DNA from: Podarcis erhardii
Taxonomy: Eukaryota
NCBI GenBank assembly: GCA_964252035.1
Contig: OZ176208.1
Reading direction: 5' to 3' (one strand)
Length of the DNA stretch: 64,000 nt
The notes beneath the pieces are model-generated. The model was given only the letters and a program-made list of their open reading frames with translations. It had not been told where the DNA came from and made no database searches. Below, one piece after another: positions 24,171 to 36,444 of the stretch. The first letter of the stretch is position 1. Every line of letters starts with the position of its first letter. Made by a program: the position numbers and the translations under genes.

Positions 24171-24624
24171 TCAGTGGGGTGTGTGTTATGAGACTTGCCA
24201 TGTGGAAACAGTTGTACGGATGCAAGCTCTTCCATGCAGTTTTGAAGCCCAAGATGGGTCACTGACTTCTTCATTCAGTTTAGTTTTTGAGTTCATGAAT
24301 GCCAAAAAATGAAAAAAAGAGATAGCTTCCATCGTGGAGTGGAAGTACACCAGTGCCACACAGAAGTTAGCTCTCGAAGTCATTTGCAGTAGATGAGCAA
24401 GAATTCCCTCTTCCCAAAAACTGAACAATAGCAGCTGCAAGATTACTCCACCTTCCCCCTAAACTCTACTACTGACATGAATAAAGCTTGGTATGTAGCC
24501 ATTTTTGTGTTGTGGGCTTGGTTCAGTCCTGACGCTCAGAACAAATTCCTGGGCTCTGTCTTCTCTAATTCTAACTCTAATCTTAGGTTTTTGCACAACG
24601 CCAAGGCGGACCCCACAAGCTTTG

Positions 24625-24800
24625 GTAGAAGGCCTGAACAATGGCAGGACATCTGCTTTGGATGCAGAAGTTCCCAGTTTTAATCCGCAGCATTTCCAGG
24701 TACAGCTGTGGAAGACCTCTAGAGAGCTGCTCCCAGTAGTGCAGACATTACTGAGTTAGATGGATCAGTTGGTGTGACTCAGTACGAAACAGCTTCCTGC
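24625..24800 (+). mobile_element. Degenerate tRNA-derived SINE (Squam3-like)
   Basis: gacatctgctttggatgcagaagttcccag...gagctgctcccagtagtgcagacattactgagttagatgga...cagcttcct; related fragments at 41281-41350 and 41510-41590. Confidence 0.55.
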
Positions 24801-25435
24801 ATTTCTGTGTTCCCAAGCCTGAAGTCTCCACACCACCACAGCATACCTCAGATCCTGGAGATATTAACAGCAGAAGATGGATACCGCCATTGTGCCCTAA
24901 GTTTGAACTTCCCTGTGACGGCGGTCTGGCCAACATTAGATGGTCAGTGGTCCATTGGCCTGACTCAGCATGGCCATTCTTATGTTCTTAGTCCTTTGGC
25001 TACATGGATCGGGTAAATGCTCCTCATCCACCTCTAGCCTCTGTCCTGATCCCATGAACTTTTGTTCTCCCACCGCTTCCTTTGTGGCTGATCAGCAGAT
25101 AGGAGGTTTGCACTGCAAGTAGTCCTTCCCTTCCTGGCATGGGCCGAATGTTTTCAACCTCTGTCTGCCAAGTACTTGCTTAGGAGTTTATTTTTGTAGT
25201 AGCAGGGTGGGTTTCTCCCCCTGTCTTTCTTATTATTATGCTTTTTATATATATATTAAAAAATCCCCATGTGTTTCCTCTCATGAAATGACTTTGTAAA
25301 TATTTATTGCAAATGTGTGTTGTTGTGGTTTTTGGACGAGGGTTAATATGATTATCAATAAATATTTGCTAACAGTTGTCCTTACTAACCCTTGCAGATA
25401 TTCATTCCAGGCAACAGGAAATAAACCAGCTAGAG

Positions 25436-25573
25436 CAGCAGTTCTCAACCTGTGGGTCCCCAGATATTGTTGGACTACAACTCCCATCATCCCTGAGCTC
25501 TGGCCTTGCTAGCTAGGGGTGATGGGAGTTGTAGTTCAACAACATCTGGGGACCCACAGGTTGAGAAACGCTG
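25436..25573. mobile_element. hAT MITE
   Basis: About 30-bp inverted ends cagcagttctcaacctgtgggtccccagat / atctggggacccacaggttgagaaacgctg; 8-bp TSD AGCTAGAG / AGCTAGAA. Confidence 0.85.
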
Positions 25574-25794
25574 AGCTAGAAGAGGCTTGCAACTGGCTTT
25601 GAGGGGTTGGGAAATATAGGTGGGCAAAGAGCTGAAAGATGTGATGTTCGCAGTTGTTACACAAAGCTTAGAAATGGGCCTGGGCCTCCTTGAAAAATGT
25701 GGATGGATGGATGGATGGATGATTCTGTCTTGTCATCTCAAAGAAATGTGCATGCACACGAAAGCTCATACCAATAACAAAATTAGTTGGTCTC

Positions 25795-26039
25795 TGTTAT
25801 GTACTGAAGTTCTCACCCTGGGCCAGCAGGGGGATACTGTAGATAGTTATGCAAATGAAGGATCGAAAGTGACGTTCAGTGATTGCATAGTTTTAGAAAA
25901 TGGCAACAGTTACATTGTTCTGGAGCTCTATATAAGCAGGCTGACTGAGCTCTTCAGTCAGTTCTGTTCCATCTTACAAATAAAGAGCTGCTTTGGAAGA
26001 ATCGCTGTGTCGTCTGATATGTTCGCCCACAACTTAACA
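25795..26039 (+). mobile_element. Solo LTR (245 bp)
   Basis: TGTTA...TAACA termini, perfect 5-bp TSD GTCTC, internal TATA (ctatataag) and AATAAA; second copy at 38668. Confidence 0.88.
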
Positions 26040-26393
26040 GTCTCTAAGGTGCTACTGGAAGAATTTTTTTAACTGACACCTGGAAGTTTCAATCCATGGC
26101 TTGAACTTCCTTGCATCCAAAGACATTTGTTACATCAGGACAGGGAAGGGTGTGATTTTCCCAAACATCCTGGTGGGCCAATCTCTGAATTCTAATGCAA
26201 CTAATTACACTTATGGAGCAGAGTTTGCTTACCCAATGGTGGCCAGTGGCTTGAATTTAATTAATTAATTAATTAATTAATTAATTTTATAATGAATGAT
26301 TTTAGTGTTGTTTGTGCTGTACATTTGTACTGTTTTATTGTTGTTAGCCGCCCTGAGCCCGGCTTCGGCTGGGGAGGGCGGGATATAAATAAA

Positions 26394-26397
<4 letters not shown>

Positions 26398-26439
<42 letters not shown>
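26398..26439. repeat. (ATT)n microsatellite at an L2-type tail; (TAAT)n at 26256-26285
   Basis: Seen directly; source of the poly-Ile ORF 26277-26486. Confidence 0.9.
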
Positions 26440-26442
<3 letters not shown>

Positions 26443-27624
26443 CCTGACTTAGCCGAAAGGGCTTTTCCTTGTGCAGATAGGGGCACTCAATTTTGGCTTG
26501 TCTCCTCTCCCTCCTGCTGTGACCCTCTGTGCTTTATCCCATTCTATTATCGAGGATCCTGCAAGCTTCAGGAGCCTCTTGGGTGGGTAGATGGGGCTTA
26601 AATGGGTTGGGGGAGAGCTACAAAACCTGCAGGTCCCAACTAACAGGAGTGGAAGCACTTTCTACAATGCCAAAACACAGTGTGTCCTTTTGGTCACACT
26701 GTCGCAAAGATAAATTCAAAATCTTGCTGAAAGAAAAAGATAAATTTGGGAATGGCCTCTTTTATACTTCATAGACACACAATGAAATACTATTCCCATT
26801 GTTTATTCCTGGCATCAACACTGATTTAGCAATGATACGGATCAAATTGTGGCAAGTTTAGTGTTCGTAGGAGCTTTGCTTGAGCCCTGTGTTTATTGTA
26901 AGCCACATTTTTAGCTTTATGAATTTTAAAGCTAGAAAAATAAAACATTCTGGAAAGCAAGGTTGGCTTGTGGTTGGACAGTGATCCTGGGAACACATGA
27001 TTGCTAGACCGTATAGTTTAGATACTTCAAGGAACTCTAGCACTGCTGCCAATTTTGGTTGCGCACAGCTGGGATATTAAAGCGTCTTCTTAGATAGTAT
27101 TTATTAATCGGTATGCACTCAAAACAAAGACTGGGTGTTTCCATAAAGACCTTTAATATGGGATTGGTGCTGCTGGTGCATGTCGGGTTTTTCACAGCAT
27201 ACACTGCAGTCATTGGCATTCAAATGCTAACCTATATCCTCCAGCTCCATTTAAGGGCTTGTCCACTGGGAAAAAAACACTTTTTAGTGCTCAATTGGAG
27301 CAAACAACAATTCGGGTTTTCTCTGGATTGCTGTTTGCTTCGATTTAGCACTAAAGAGCAGGTTTCCCCTGGGAAAGACGTGGGGAAAGGGGGGAACTAC
27401 TTGGACCTGTGCCAATAAAGTGCAAGCCAAGCAGAAAACTGCTCTGATAAGTTAAGAGAACACAACTATGGCCAGTGACCCATTTTTGATGTACGAATGA
27501 TCCGTTCGCAATATTTAGCCCCAGTCTGGGAGCACATTCCATCTATTTAAAATCAGCAGAGTAACACAACAACTTAGACATTGTTGTATTTAATCAGTGT
27601 GTATTTTGGACGAGCAAAAGACAG

Positions 27625-27666
<42 letters not shown>

Positions 27667-28749
27667 ATAATTTGATGTCTAGATTCAAAAGGGTATTGAG
27701 GGGCATGTAAGTAGTGGATAGCTCCAGTTTGTAGCCTATGTGTGGCTACATATAACTATACATTTAAAGCATGTCCCCCTAAGAATCCTGGGGAATGTAG
27801 TTACAGAGCTATAATCCTCAGCACCCTTAACAAACTACAGTTCCCAAGAACCCCTGGGGGAAATCATCTGCTTTCAGTGTGCTTTCAACATATACTGTGT
27901 GTGCAGCCTTAGGCATTAATACCCTGCTTTTCTTTATGAAATAACCTCCAAGCCCCGGGGGCTGCTTCCTCCCTCCTAGACCTAGCCCCTTCTCAAAACC
28001 TCTGTACTTACCATTCTGTCTAGTGTACTGCAAAGCTGGAACAGAATCCGTCAATAAATGGCAAGACAAACTATGGCATAACCAGGCAGCTGGTTAAAGG
28101 CCACTTTTGCCCTTTTCTCTCCTCCTTTTCTCCTTACAACAAGATGTGCCATAACATTTGATTTTCCCCTGCCACGTAACTGCTTTTGTGAGGTGTCCTC
28201 GCAGTAGGAGGATGAAATGGCGCTGCTCCCTGGCGCGTCAATTTGTTCAGCGGCACGAACAATTAGAGCTGACAGCTGTATGAAGTGAGGTGAGGCTCAG
28301 TAGCGGCCTTGATTTATCCTCAGCCACCATCGAGGTCAATTGTGCGTGCTGAGATGCCTTTTGATCTCATTCAGCAGCACTCATATTTCTTGCTCCGAAG
28401 AGACCGACCCGTTCAGTAAAACACTTGACTGAATTAAGCGCATAGCGACGGGTACTGATTTGGTCTGCGTGTGTGCAGATCTATGTGCTGTTTCATGCAA
28501 GGATAGGCAAGAGAGCTGCTTGTGCCACGGCATGTGGGGCAAAGGGGGCAAAAGGGTTGGATAGTGGAAGGCAGTTGACTTTCAGTGCATCTATGATTTT
28601 ATTAACCCAATGGATTTCTGCTTTGGCACACCTACCGAAAAAATCACAGTGCAGTTCTTTGCATGTTTGTTCTGAAGTATGCTGGACTGGCTGTTGGGGT
28701 GGGGCGCTACTACAGAGCCCCATTTCCTACTCTCCCACCTCCATAATTT

Positions 28750-29144
28750 TTATTAAATTTTCTGTTTTACATTTTAGAATATTCACTTAAACAACCTTAA
28801 AATATCAATGACTTCCATCCTTCTCTTTCCATGCTTCATTTTGCATAACATAAATCCATGCATATTTTACATAAACTAAACCATTCAGTATTCCATTATT
28901 ACATCCATCAAAACATATTTACACTGTTGAATTTATCTTAATGCTGCCCATGTTTTTAAATGTACACAATCCCCCCCCATATATTCAATAAACAATTTCC
29001 AATTAAACATATGTTCTTCTTGTTCTCTTATTCTCTATGTTAGGTCCACAAGCTGTGCAAATTCCATCAGTTTAAGTTGCCATTCTTCTCTAGTTGGGAC
29101 TTCACTCATTTTCCATTTGGGGGCTAACAAAACACGGGCTGCAG

Positions 29145-29145
<1 letters not shown>
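28750..29145 (-). mobile_element. L1-like LINE 3' fragment
   Basis: AARVLLAPKWKMSEVPTREEWQLKLMEFAQLVDLT matches the 38330-38611 element; A-rich tail; interrupted by (GT)n at 29146-29181. Confidence 0.8.
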
Positions 29146-29184
<39 letters not shown>

Positions 29185-30729
29185 TATGCAAATTTCAGGG
29201 TGGGGTTCAGGGGGTGAACATGGAGTAAGGCTTGCTCCCAATTGAGCAGTGTGCTTCTGAAAGCTAGCCACTAGGGACCAACAGTAGGCAATATTCTGCC
29301 TCAGTCAGCGGCGGATTTTAGGGTAGTTTGACTGGTTCCCCCCGTACTGGGTGTCAAGCCTAGTGGGTACTGCAGGGTGTCACAACTACAAATGTAGTGA
29401 ACTGAGCAAAATAGAAAGCAAGAGGTGGGGGCACCAAATCTTGACCTTGCACAGGGCGTTGCTGAAAATTGAAAGACCAGAATCTGCCCTTTAACCCAGA
29501 AATTGTGTTATTTGTTGTACAGTGCCACTCTTCTGTTATATACAAAAGAAGGCAGGCAGGCAGGCAGGTCCCGGCTAGGGCAGATTAACTTCCACTGGAA
29601 TAACACACTAACTCGATCTCAAATCTTCCAGGATTTCTACATTTTTACAGAGATCCGTGTGAATCCTTAAGTGCTTCTAGTGCTGTAATGTTATCATGTA
29701 CACCTAATAAATGTGACTAAGAGCTGCTACTGTGAAAGGCTGGGATTTAGGACTTATGAAATCATATCCCAGGAGGTAACCCAATAAATTCAGCATAGTT
29801 AGGCAGCCTAATGAAAGCAAATGCCATATACAGGAGAGAGAACCAAGTTTTTCAGCATCTTCAGATACATTGCGACATAGAAAATGCTCGCATGAAAATC
29901 TTCAAAAACTATTTTGTCATTATAGATCTGGAGATACTATATTGATCATCACAGTCACATGTGAAGCAAAGGTGTTTTTTGTTTGATCACACCGACTTCC
30001 CATTAGCATGCCGACACTGACAGAAAAAAAAGCAACGGAACCTTTGAGATTTCGGTGAAATGTCATAACAAAGCTAAGGCTTAACAGGTTTCTGAAGGGA
30101 TTGATTTCCAGGAAGGAAGTGGTTATTTTCAGAAACTTCAAGCTAATGACACGAATACCATTTCTCCTGAGTGATAAGGTTGATAGATCTATGCCATTTG
30201 TAGGTAGCCTAATCCTTTTGCTCCAGACTTGTGCCCTTAATATAGAGACAGCGAATCTATGCAGTTAGGCTGGTTCCGGTGTAATTTAGGATCTGCTCAT
30301 GACATGTTATGTGACTACTTCGTTCTGGTGTATGCAAAATCTACACTGGGATTGGGGAATAAATGAGTCGTTTTGGTCCTTACACATTTGTGCTTGCCAG
30401 ATCCCCAACTCCCAGGTGTAGGTAGGATGGAGTGGTTCATAAACGCCTATGTAGAGATGTAAGAAATTAGAGAGCATGGTAAAATCAGTTTTGCTTTTCT
30501 CATTGAAGGAAAATTCATTTGAATATTCTTTCCATTACCCCATCCTCTCCAACTGATTTGCTATTCTTGTGCTTACCATCAGTCTTCCCTTCTGGTGTTT
30601 CCCTTGCTGTCAACATTTAAAGTGAAGGGCCCTTGAGGTCAGGAACCTGTTTGCCTTACACTATTCTTTAAAACCCCATGTACACATCTGACACCATATT
30701 GCACATCCGCATTTATCCTTTTGCCCATA

Positions 30730-30945
30730 CAGTGGTACCTCGCAAGACGAATGCCTCGCAAGACGAAAAACGCACAAGACGATTTTCCCTATGGGCTTGC
30801 TTCACAAGACGAAAACGTCTTGCGAGTTTGCTTCCTTTTTCTTAAAGCCGTTAATACCCAGCGAATCCGCGCTCCGCAAGACGAAAAAATCGCAAGACAA
30901 CACAACTCGCGGAACGAATTAATTTCGTCTTGCGAGGCACCACTG
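30730..30945. mobile_element. Tc1/mariner MITE, family B
   Basis: CAGTGGTACCTCGCAAGACGAA...TTCGTCTTGCGAGGCACCACTG with TA TSD. Confidence 0.9.
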
Positions 30946-30973
30946 TATTGGGAATGAAAGGAAGAAACAATTA

Positions 30974-31378
30974 CCGTATTTTTCACCCTATAGGACGCAC
31001 CATCCCATAAGGTGCACCTAGTTTGGTTTTTTTTTGGGGGGGGGAATAAAGGGGAAAAAAGTATTCCCCCCCAGGTGCGGGGCTGGGACAGCAGAAGCCT
31101 GAGCTTCCCCCGACCCCAGCCCCCAGAACAGGCAACTCTCCGCAAGCCGCGGGAGCCCAGCGCAGGGAGAGCTGCGGGAACCCAGCGCAGGGAGAGCTGA
31201 GCACAGCGCACCCAGCCTTTGGCATGCAGGCAACTCTTCGCAAAGCCTGGAGAGCGCACCGACCCCTCTCGCTCTCCAGGCTTCAGCGAATGCCTGCATT
31301 CGCCCCATAGGAGGCACACACATTTCCCCTTCATTTTTGGAGGGGGAAAAAGTGCGTCCTATGGGGCGAAAAATACGG
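30974..31378. mobile_element. Tc1/mariner (Tc2/pogo-like) MITE, family C
   Basis: Inverted ends CCGTATTTTTCACCCTATAGGACGCAC / GTGCGTCCTATGGGGCGAAAAATACGG with TA TSD; GC-rich interior with a tandem ggga(g/a)cccagcgcagggagagctg. Confidence 0.88.
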
Positions 31379-31461
31379 TACATTTTAAACAGCCTTTCAC
31401 TTTGCTTTCTAAGAAAAATAACTTTTTCAAACACACACCTCCTCCTCCATTGTATCTATTT

Positions 31462-31506
<45 letters not shown>

Positions 31507-31695
31507 TGTAATAAGTGAGGGAAAGTCAAGACCAAGACTCCAATCCTGGACAACCCTCAGCTGCTTAACTCCCACTGAAGTAAACATGGAGCAGAATTGC
31601 AGTCAAAAGTCTGCAGTAAAAATTTCAGTGAAGGACGTATGAATATGTTCTTGAAGATTCAAGTATTAGAGCAGCACAGTGCATTATGGGACTAT

Positions 31696-31833
31696 CAGAC
31701 CCTCCAAGTGTCCCTATTTTCCAGGGACAGTCCTGGATTTACAGAAGCTGTACTGGTTTCTGATTTGATCCCGGAATGTCCCCCTTTTCCTTAGGACATC
31801 CTTATTTTCATCGGAAAAAAGTTGGAGGGTATG
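31696..31833. mobile_element. hAT-like MITE
   Basis: Inverted ends CAGACCCTCCAA / TTGGAGGGTATG; TSD not clearly preserved. Confidence 0.6.
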
Positions 31834-31864
31834 GAGTTATGCAACCCCAGAGCCAAGGAGATAC

Positions 31865-32030
31865 AACTTTTAGAAGACATCTGAAGGCAGCCCTGTATTG
31901 GAAAGGTTTTTTTAAAAAAATGTGTAATGTTTTATTCTGTTTTTATATATGTTGGAAGCCTCCCAGAGTGGCTGGGTCAAGCCAGTCAGATGGGCAGGAT
32001 ATAAAACAACAACAACAACAACAACAGAAT
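31865..32030 (+). mobile_element. L2 3' end with (CAA)n tail
   Basis: acttttagaagacatctgaaggcagccctg...gggcaggatataaaa(caa)n matches the L2 3' end at 41130-41250. Confidence 0.8.
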
Positions 32031-32924
32031 AAGGTAGCCCTATTTTCATCAGAGAAATGTTGGAGGATTTGGGATATGCACAAGATGATGAGGTCAAACC
32101 ATGAGGTAACTTTTGCCACAAGTTGTGGAGGAGAAGCAGAAGAATTCAGCATCAGGGTGGGTGTATTTTCAGTGGCAATGCCACATTTTATCATAACATA
32201 AACTTCCACCCTTAATAATACAGGTGTTCAAACTCCTTATCGCTTAAACAAATGTCCATGGTGAAACATCAACCATTATGGGCCTCGGTTATAAATCACT
32301 GCAGCAAGTACATTGTTAAGGACATTATTGGATTACAGATCTCTTTAACTGTAGTTGTTTGACCTTCTTATGCGTTTTGATATGTTTGTAACTGATTGCC
32401 AGAAGGTTCTCATTAGAGAGGAGAAATCAGCAATAAAAAAACATGGTTTTGCCATCTCCAGACACTTCTTAAAGGTCAGGAGGCCAAATAAACAACTTCC
32501 TGCAGCTGTGGCTACATCTGGCACACGACCCACTGCAGAGAGCGTGCTCTGGGAAGATAAACATATCTGCTTGTATCTCCTTGGTCTTCCTATACATTTG
32601 GATAAGGCCAAAAGATTGAACTTGACCCTATAGTTTCACCAGTAATTAACTGGGGGGGGGGTGTCTGTCAGGATGTAAATGAATAAAAAGTTTACTCTGG
32701 ACACCTGGGACTAAAGGTTCGCTTCCCATGATCTTCTTGTATCCGCCTGTGGGTTTTAGATGTTCCACAGGACATAGGGTTGCTACCAATTCCTGGTTTT
32801 GCGAAGACATCAGTCTGGAAAATGGCCTCATAATTTTGAGTAAGAGTTGAGGAAATGTAAATGCCCTGAGCTGTATGGTACAGACCAAAGGTGTGGTGGA
32901 GAAACCCAGGACTGGGAGCTAAAT

Positions 32925-33330
32925 GTGATGTGGGTGGCGCTGTGGCCTAAACCACTGAGCCTCTTGGGCTTGCCAATCAGAAGGTCGGTGGATCAGAAGG
33001 TCGGCAGTTCGAATTCCCACGATGGGGTGAGCTCCCATTGCTCTGTCCCAGCTTCTGCCAACCTAGCAGTTTGAAAGCACGCCAGTGCAAGTAGATAAAT
33101 AGATACCGCTGTGGCGGGAAGGTAAACGGCATTTCTGTGCACTCTGGTTTCCATCACGGTGTTCCGTAGCACCAGAAGCGGTTTCATCAATGCTGGCCAC
33201 ATGACCTGGAAAGCTGTCTGTGGACAAATGCCGGCTCCCTTGGCCTGAAAGCGAGATGAGTGCCGCAACCCCATAGTTGCCTTTGACTGGACTTAACCAA
33301 CCAGGGGTCCTTTACCTTTTACCTTTACCT
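32925..33330 (+). mobile_element. Sauria SINE with a small internal duplication (tcagaaggtcgg x2)
   Basis: Head, B box, core and (ACCTTT)n tail present. Confidence 0.9.
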
Positions 33331-33882
33331 CTCTGTCTGGCTCACAGGACTCTCCCCAGAAACACACCTTCTCCCCCAGACCATCCTTTGCATCTTCCTT
33401 GAGTGTTAATGCTTGGTTGAATAGGTCCTTAATCTCTGATAATGCTTTTTTTGCATGCTTGGATGCAGGGCAGACAGGGATGTGTCAGTGCGCGTAGAAA
33501 GAAACCGACTGTACAAAGGTAAAATTAACATTCACTGCTCTATCCACTTTTGCTTCTGGCTGTGTCCATCACTAGCACACAGGGGTGCCAACTTGAATAA
33601 AATATTTGGGAGGCCCAGGTAAGTCCCCTCCAACATAATTGATCACATGACATGGCACAAAAACACCATTTGAATGGCAATGCCCATTAAATTGTGTGGG
33701 TGTCCCAGCCCCTTCAAATATTTTATTGGAGAGGCGGGCCGGCGAAGGGACCTCAGCCCCTAGGGGTTGGCTCATATACTGGCACATGAGTCCCAGAAAG
33801 TTGCCTAGAAAGGAATGTGGTCCTCAGACTGAAAAAGGTGATAGAAATGGAAGGGACAACTTACTTGGAAGCAGAGAGCACA

Positions 33883-34097
33883 CATAGAATCATAGAATCA
33901 TAGAGTTGGAAGAGACCACAAGGGCCATCGAGTCCAACCCCCTGCCAAGCAGGAAACACCATCAGAGCACTCCTGACATATGGTTGTCAAGCCTCTGCTT
34001 AAAGACCTCCAAAGAAGGAGACTCCACCACACTCCTTGGCAGCAAATTCCACTGTCGAACAGCTCTTACTGCCAGGAAGTTCTTCCTAATGTTTAGG
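33883..34097 (-). mobile_element. CR1 LINE 3' end
   Basis: (CATAGAAT)n, i.e. the (ATTCTATG)n CR1 tail on the minus strand, followed by gagtccaaccccctgcc...cagcaaattccactgtcgaacagctcttactgccaggaagttcttcctaatgtttagg. Confidence 0.9.
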
Positions 34098-34214
34098 ACA
34101 TAATTTAAGTCCCCACTGGTGGTTCACTCAGGATCATTGAACATATGTAAAAAAAAGTTGCCTTTGACTGGACTTAATTAAAGAGAGGAAGAGCTTTGTC
34201 TATGGAGCTGTGGA

Positions 34215-34334
34215 AAAGCATGAGACTCTTAATCTCAGGGTTGTGGGTTTGAGTTCCAGCTTAGGCAAAATATTCCTGCATTGCAGGGGTTTGAAATAAA
34301 TGTGCTCACTTCCACCTCTGCAATGCTATGATTC
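34215..34334 (+). mobile_element. tRNA-Lys-derived SINE with CR1-type tail (degenerate)
   Basis: agcatgagactcttaatctcagggttgtgggtttgagt resembles tRNA-Lys, followed by attcctgcattgcagggg...ctatgattc. Confidence 0.65.
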
Positions 34335-35395
34335 GAAGAAAGGCTTGTCCATCTGTGAGACTGTTAAAGCAATTCTAGAGAGACTGGAGGATCTGTAGAG
34401 TAACTCACATTTCTCAAGTGCATAGGGTGAGCGATTTGTCATGCATCTGGAGGTCTTGGCAGGGCTAAACTACATGAGGAGATCAAGTGGCTAAAGCCAC
34501 TCTGTGATGCTCTGGCTCAAATTAAGTAATTATCCTTTTTTCATGTGTAGCATTAGTGAGCAAGTCGGACCATGCGAAATAATTGCACTGGTAGTGAGCA
34601 TAGTAATTTTTTTTTTTATGATGATGCCAATTTTAATTCTGTTTCCTAGCCAATGAGCTCTGGAAGATGTACTTGGTAGGATGTTTATGCTCTGGTGTTT
34701 TTTAATTAAATTGCTGACTGAACACTTGGTAAGATGACCGAAAGTTTTGTATTTCCTGATTAGCATCTAAAAAACCTGGAAGGGAATCAAGGATGCCTGG
34801 AGGTTGCCACCAGGAAAGACAGAGGAAAGAGCCCACCAGTGGCTGATAAGCCTTAAGGGTGATAAATCACAATCCCTACATCTGATTGAGCATTGCATCT
34901 GATCAGTTGAGTTATCTTTAAGAAAAGAGGAACTGCTATGTTGGGTCTGGCAACTGTAAATGCTAATGTGGCTTTATAGCTGTGTGGACTGATGCTAGAA
35001 GAAAGGTTTGCTGCTACGTGCTCAGGTATTAACTGTTAGCAGGAATTTTCAAACTTACTGTATCTTTCTTGGTGAAGTTTGGCATAACTTGTGGATCACT
35101 TCGCTGTGTTGCCCTGTAGATTTACCAAGTCAGAATATGTTCCTTTAGGCTGGTTCATGCACAGACCCAGAGTAAGGCAGTCTGCATAATAAACCTTTAA
35201 TGTAGTGGTGTGGAAATGTTAAAGGTTTAATATGCAGACTGCCTTACTCTGGGGTAATGTAGTGGTGTGGAAATGTTTTAAGCCCAAGGGATACATTCCA
35301 TTCTGGGCAGCCTCCCAAGGGCCACATGGTGGGTGGGGCCATAGGCAACAGTGGCCGGAGCAGCAAGTGTAAATTTCACCTTTATACAGTGGGCT

Positions 35396-36444
35396 TTGTA
35401 CAATGCGAAAGGCTGGGCTGGATGAATCCCTAGCCGGAATTAAGATTGCCGTAAGAAATATCAACAACCTCAGATATGCAGATGACACAATCTTGATGGC
35501 AGAAAGTGAGGAGGAATTAAAGAACCTTTTAATGAGGGTGAAAGAGGAGATATGGTTTGAAGCTCAACATATTTGAAGCAAATATGGTTTGAAGCTCAAC
35601 ATCAAAAAAACGAAGATCATGGCCACTGGTCCCATCACCTCCTGGCAAATAGAAGGGGAAGAAATGGAGGCAGTGAGAGATTTTACTTTCTTGGGCTCCA
35701 TCATCACTGCAGATGGTGACAACAGCCACGAAATTAAAAGACGCCTGCTTCTTGGGATAAAAGCAATGACAAACCTAGACAGCATCTTAAAAAGCAGAGA
35801 CATCACCTTGCCAACAAAGGTCCGTATAGTAAAAGCTATGGTTTTCCCAGTAGTGATGTATGAAAGTGAGAGCTGGACCATAAGGAAGGCTGATCGCCGA
35901 AGAATTGATGCTTTTGAATTATGGTGCTGGAGGAGACTCTTGAGAGTCCCATGGACTGCAAGAAGATCAAACCTATCCATTCTTAAGGAAATCAGCCCTG
36001 AGTGTTCACTGGAAGGACAGATCGTGAAGCTGAGGCTCCAGTACTTTGGCCACCTCATGAGAAGAGAAGACTCCCTGGAAAAGACCCTGATGTTGGGAAA
36101 GATTGAGGGCACAAGGAGAAGGGGATGACAGAGGACGAGATGGTTGGACAGTGTTCTCGAAGCTACCAGCGTGAGTTTAACCAAACTGTGGGAGGTAGTG
36201 GAAGACAGGCGTGCCTGGCGTGCTCTGGTCCATGGGGTCACGAAGAGTCGGACACGACTAAATGACTAAACAACAATAGGGGATGGTGGTGCGGACCGTG
36301 TAGCAGCACATCATCCCAGGTCACTGTTCCTTCTGTCCTGGGAGTTGGGGGACTTAACCCAGCAAGCAAGACAGGAGTGCCTGGCATGCTCTGGTCCATG
36401 GGGTCGCAAAGAGTCGGACACAACTAAACGACTAAACAACAACA
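35396..36444 (+). mobile_element. Composite BovB LINE with two 3' ends separated by a foreign segment
   Basis: RT YADD region (agatatgcagatgacaca) and C-terminal ORF 35589-36128; first tail ends 36276, second BovB 3' end 36371-36444; 10-bp TSD ACAGTGGGCT at 35386-35395 and 36445-36454. Confidence 0.92.

Noticed and set aside
25620-26072. 150-aa ORF
   Set aside because: A chance ORF spanning a (GGAT)n repeat and a solo LTR; no gag or pol motifs.
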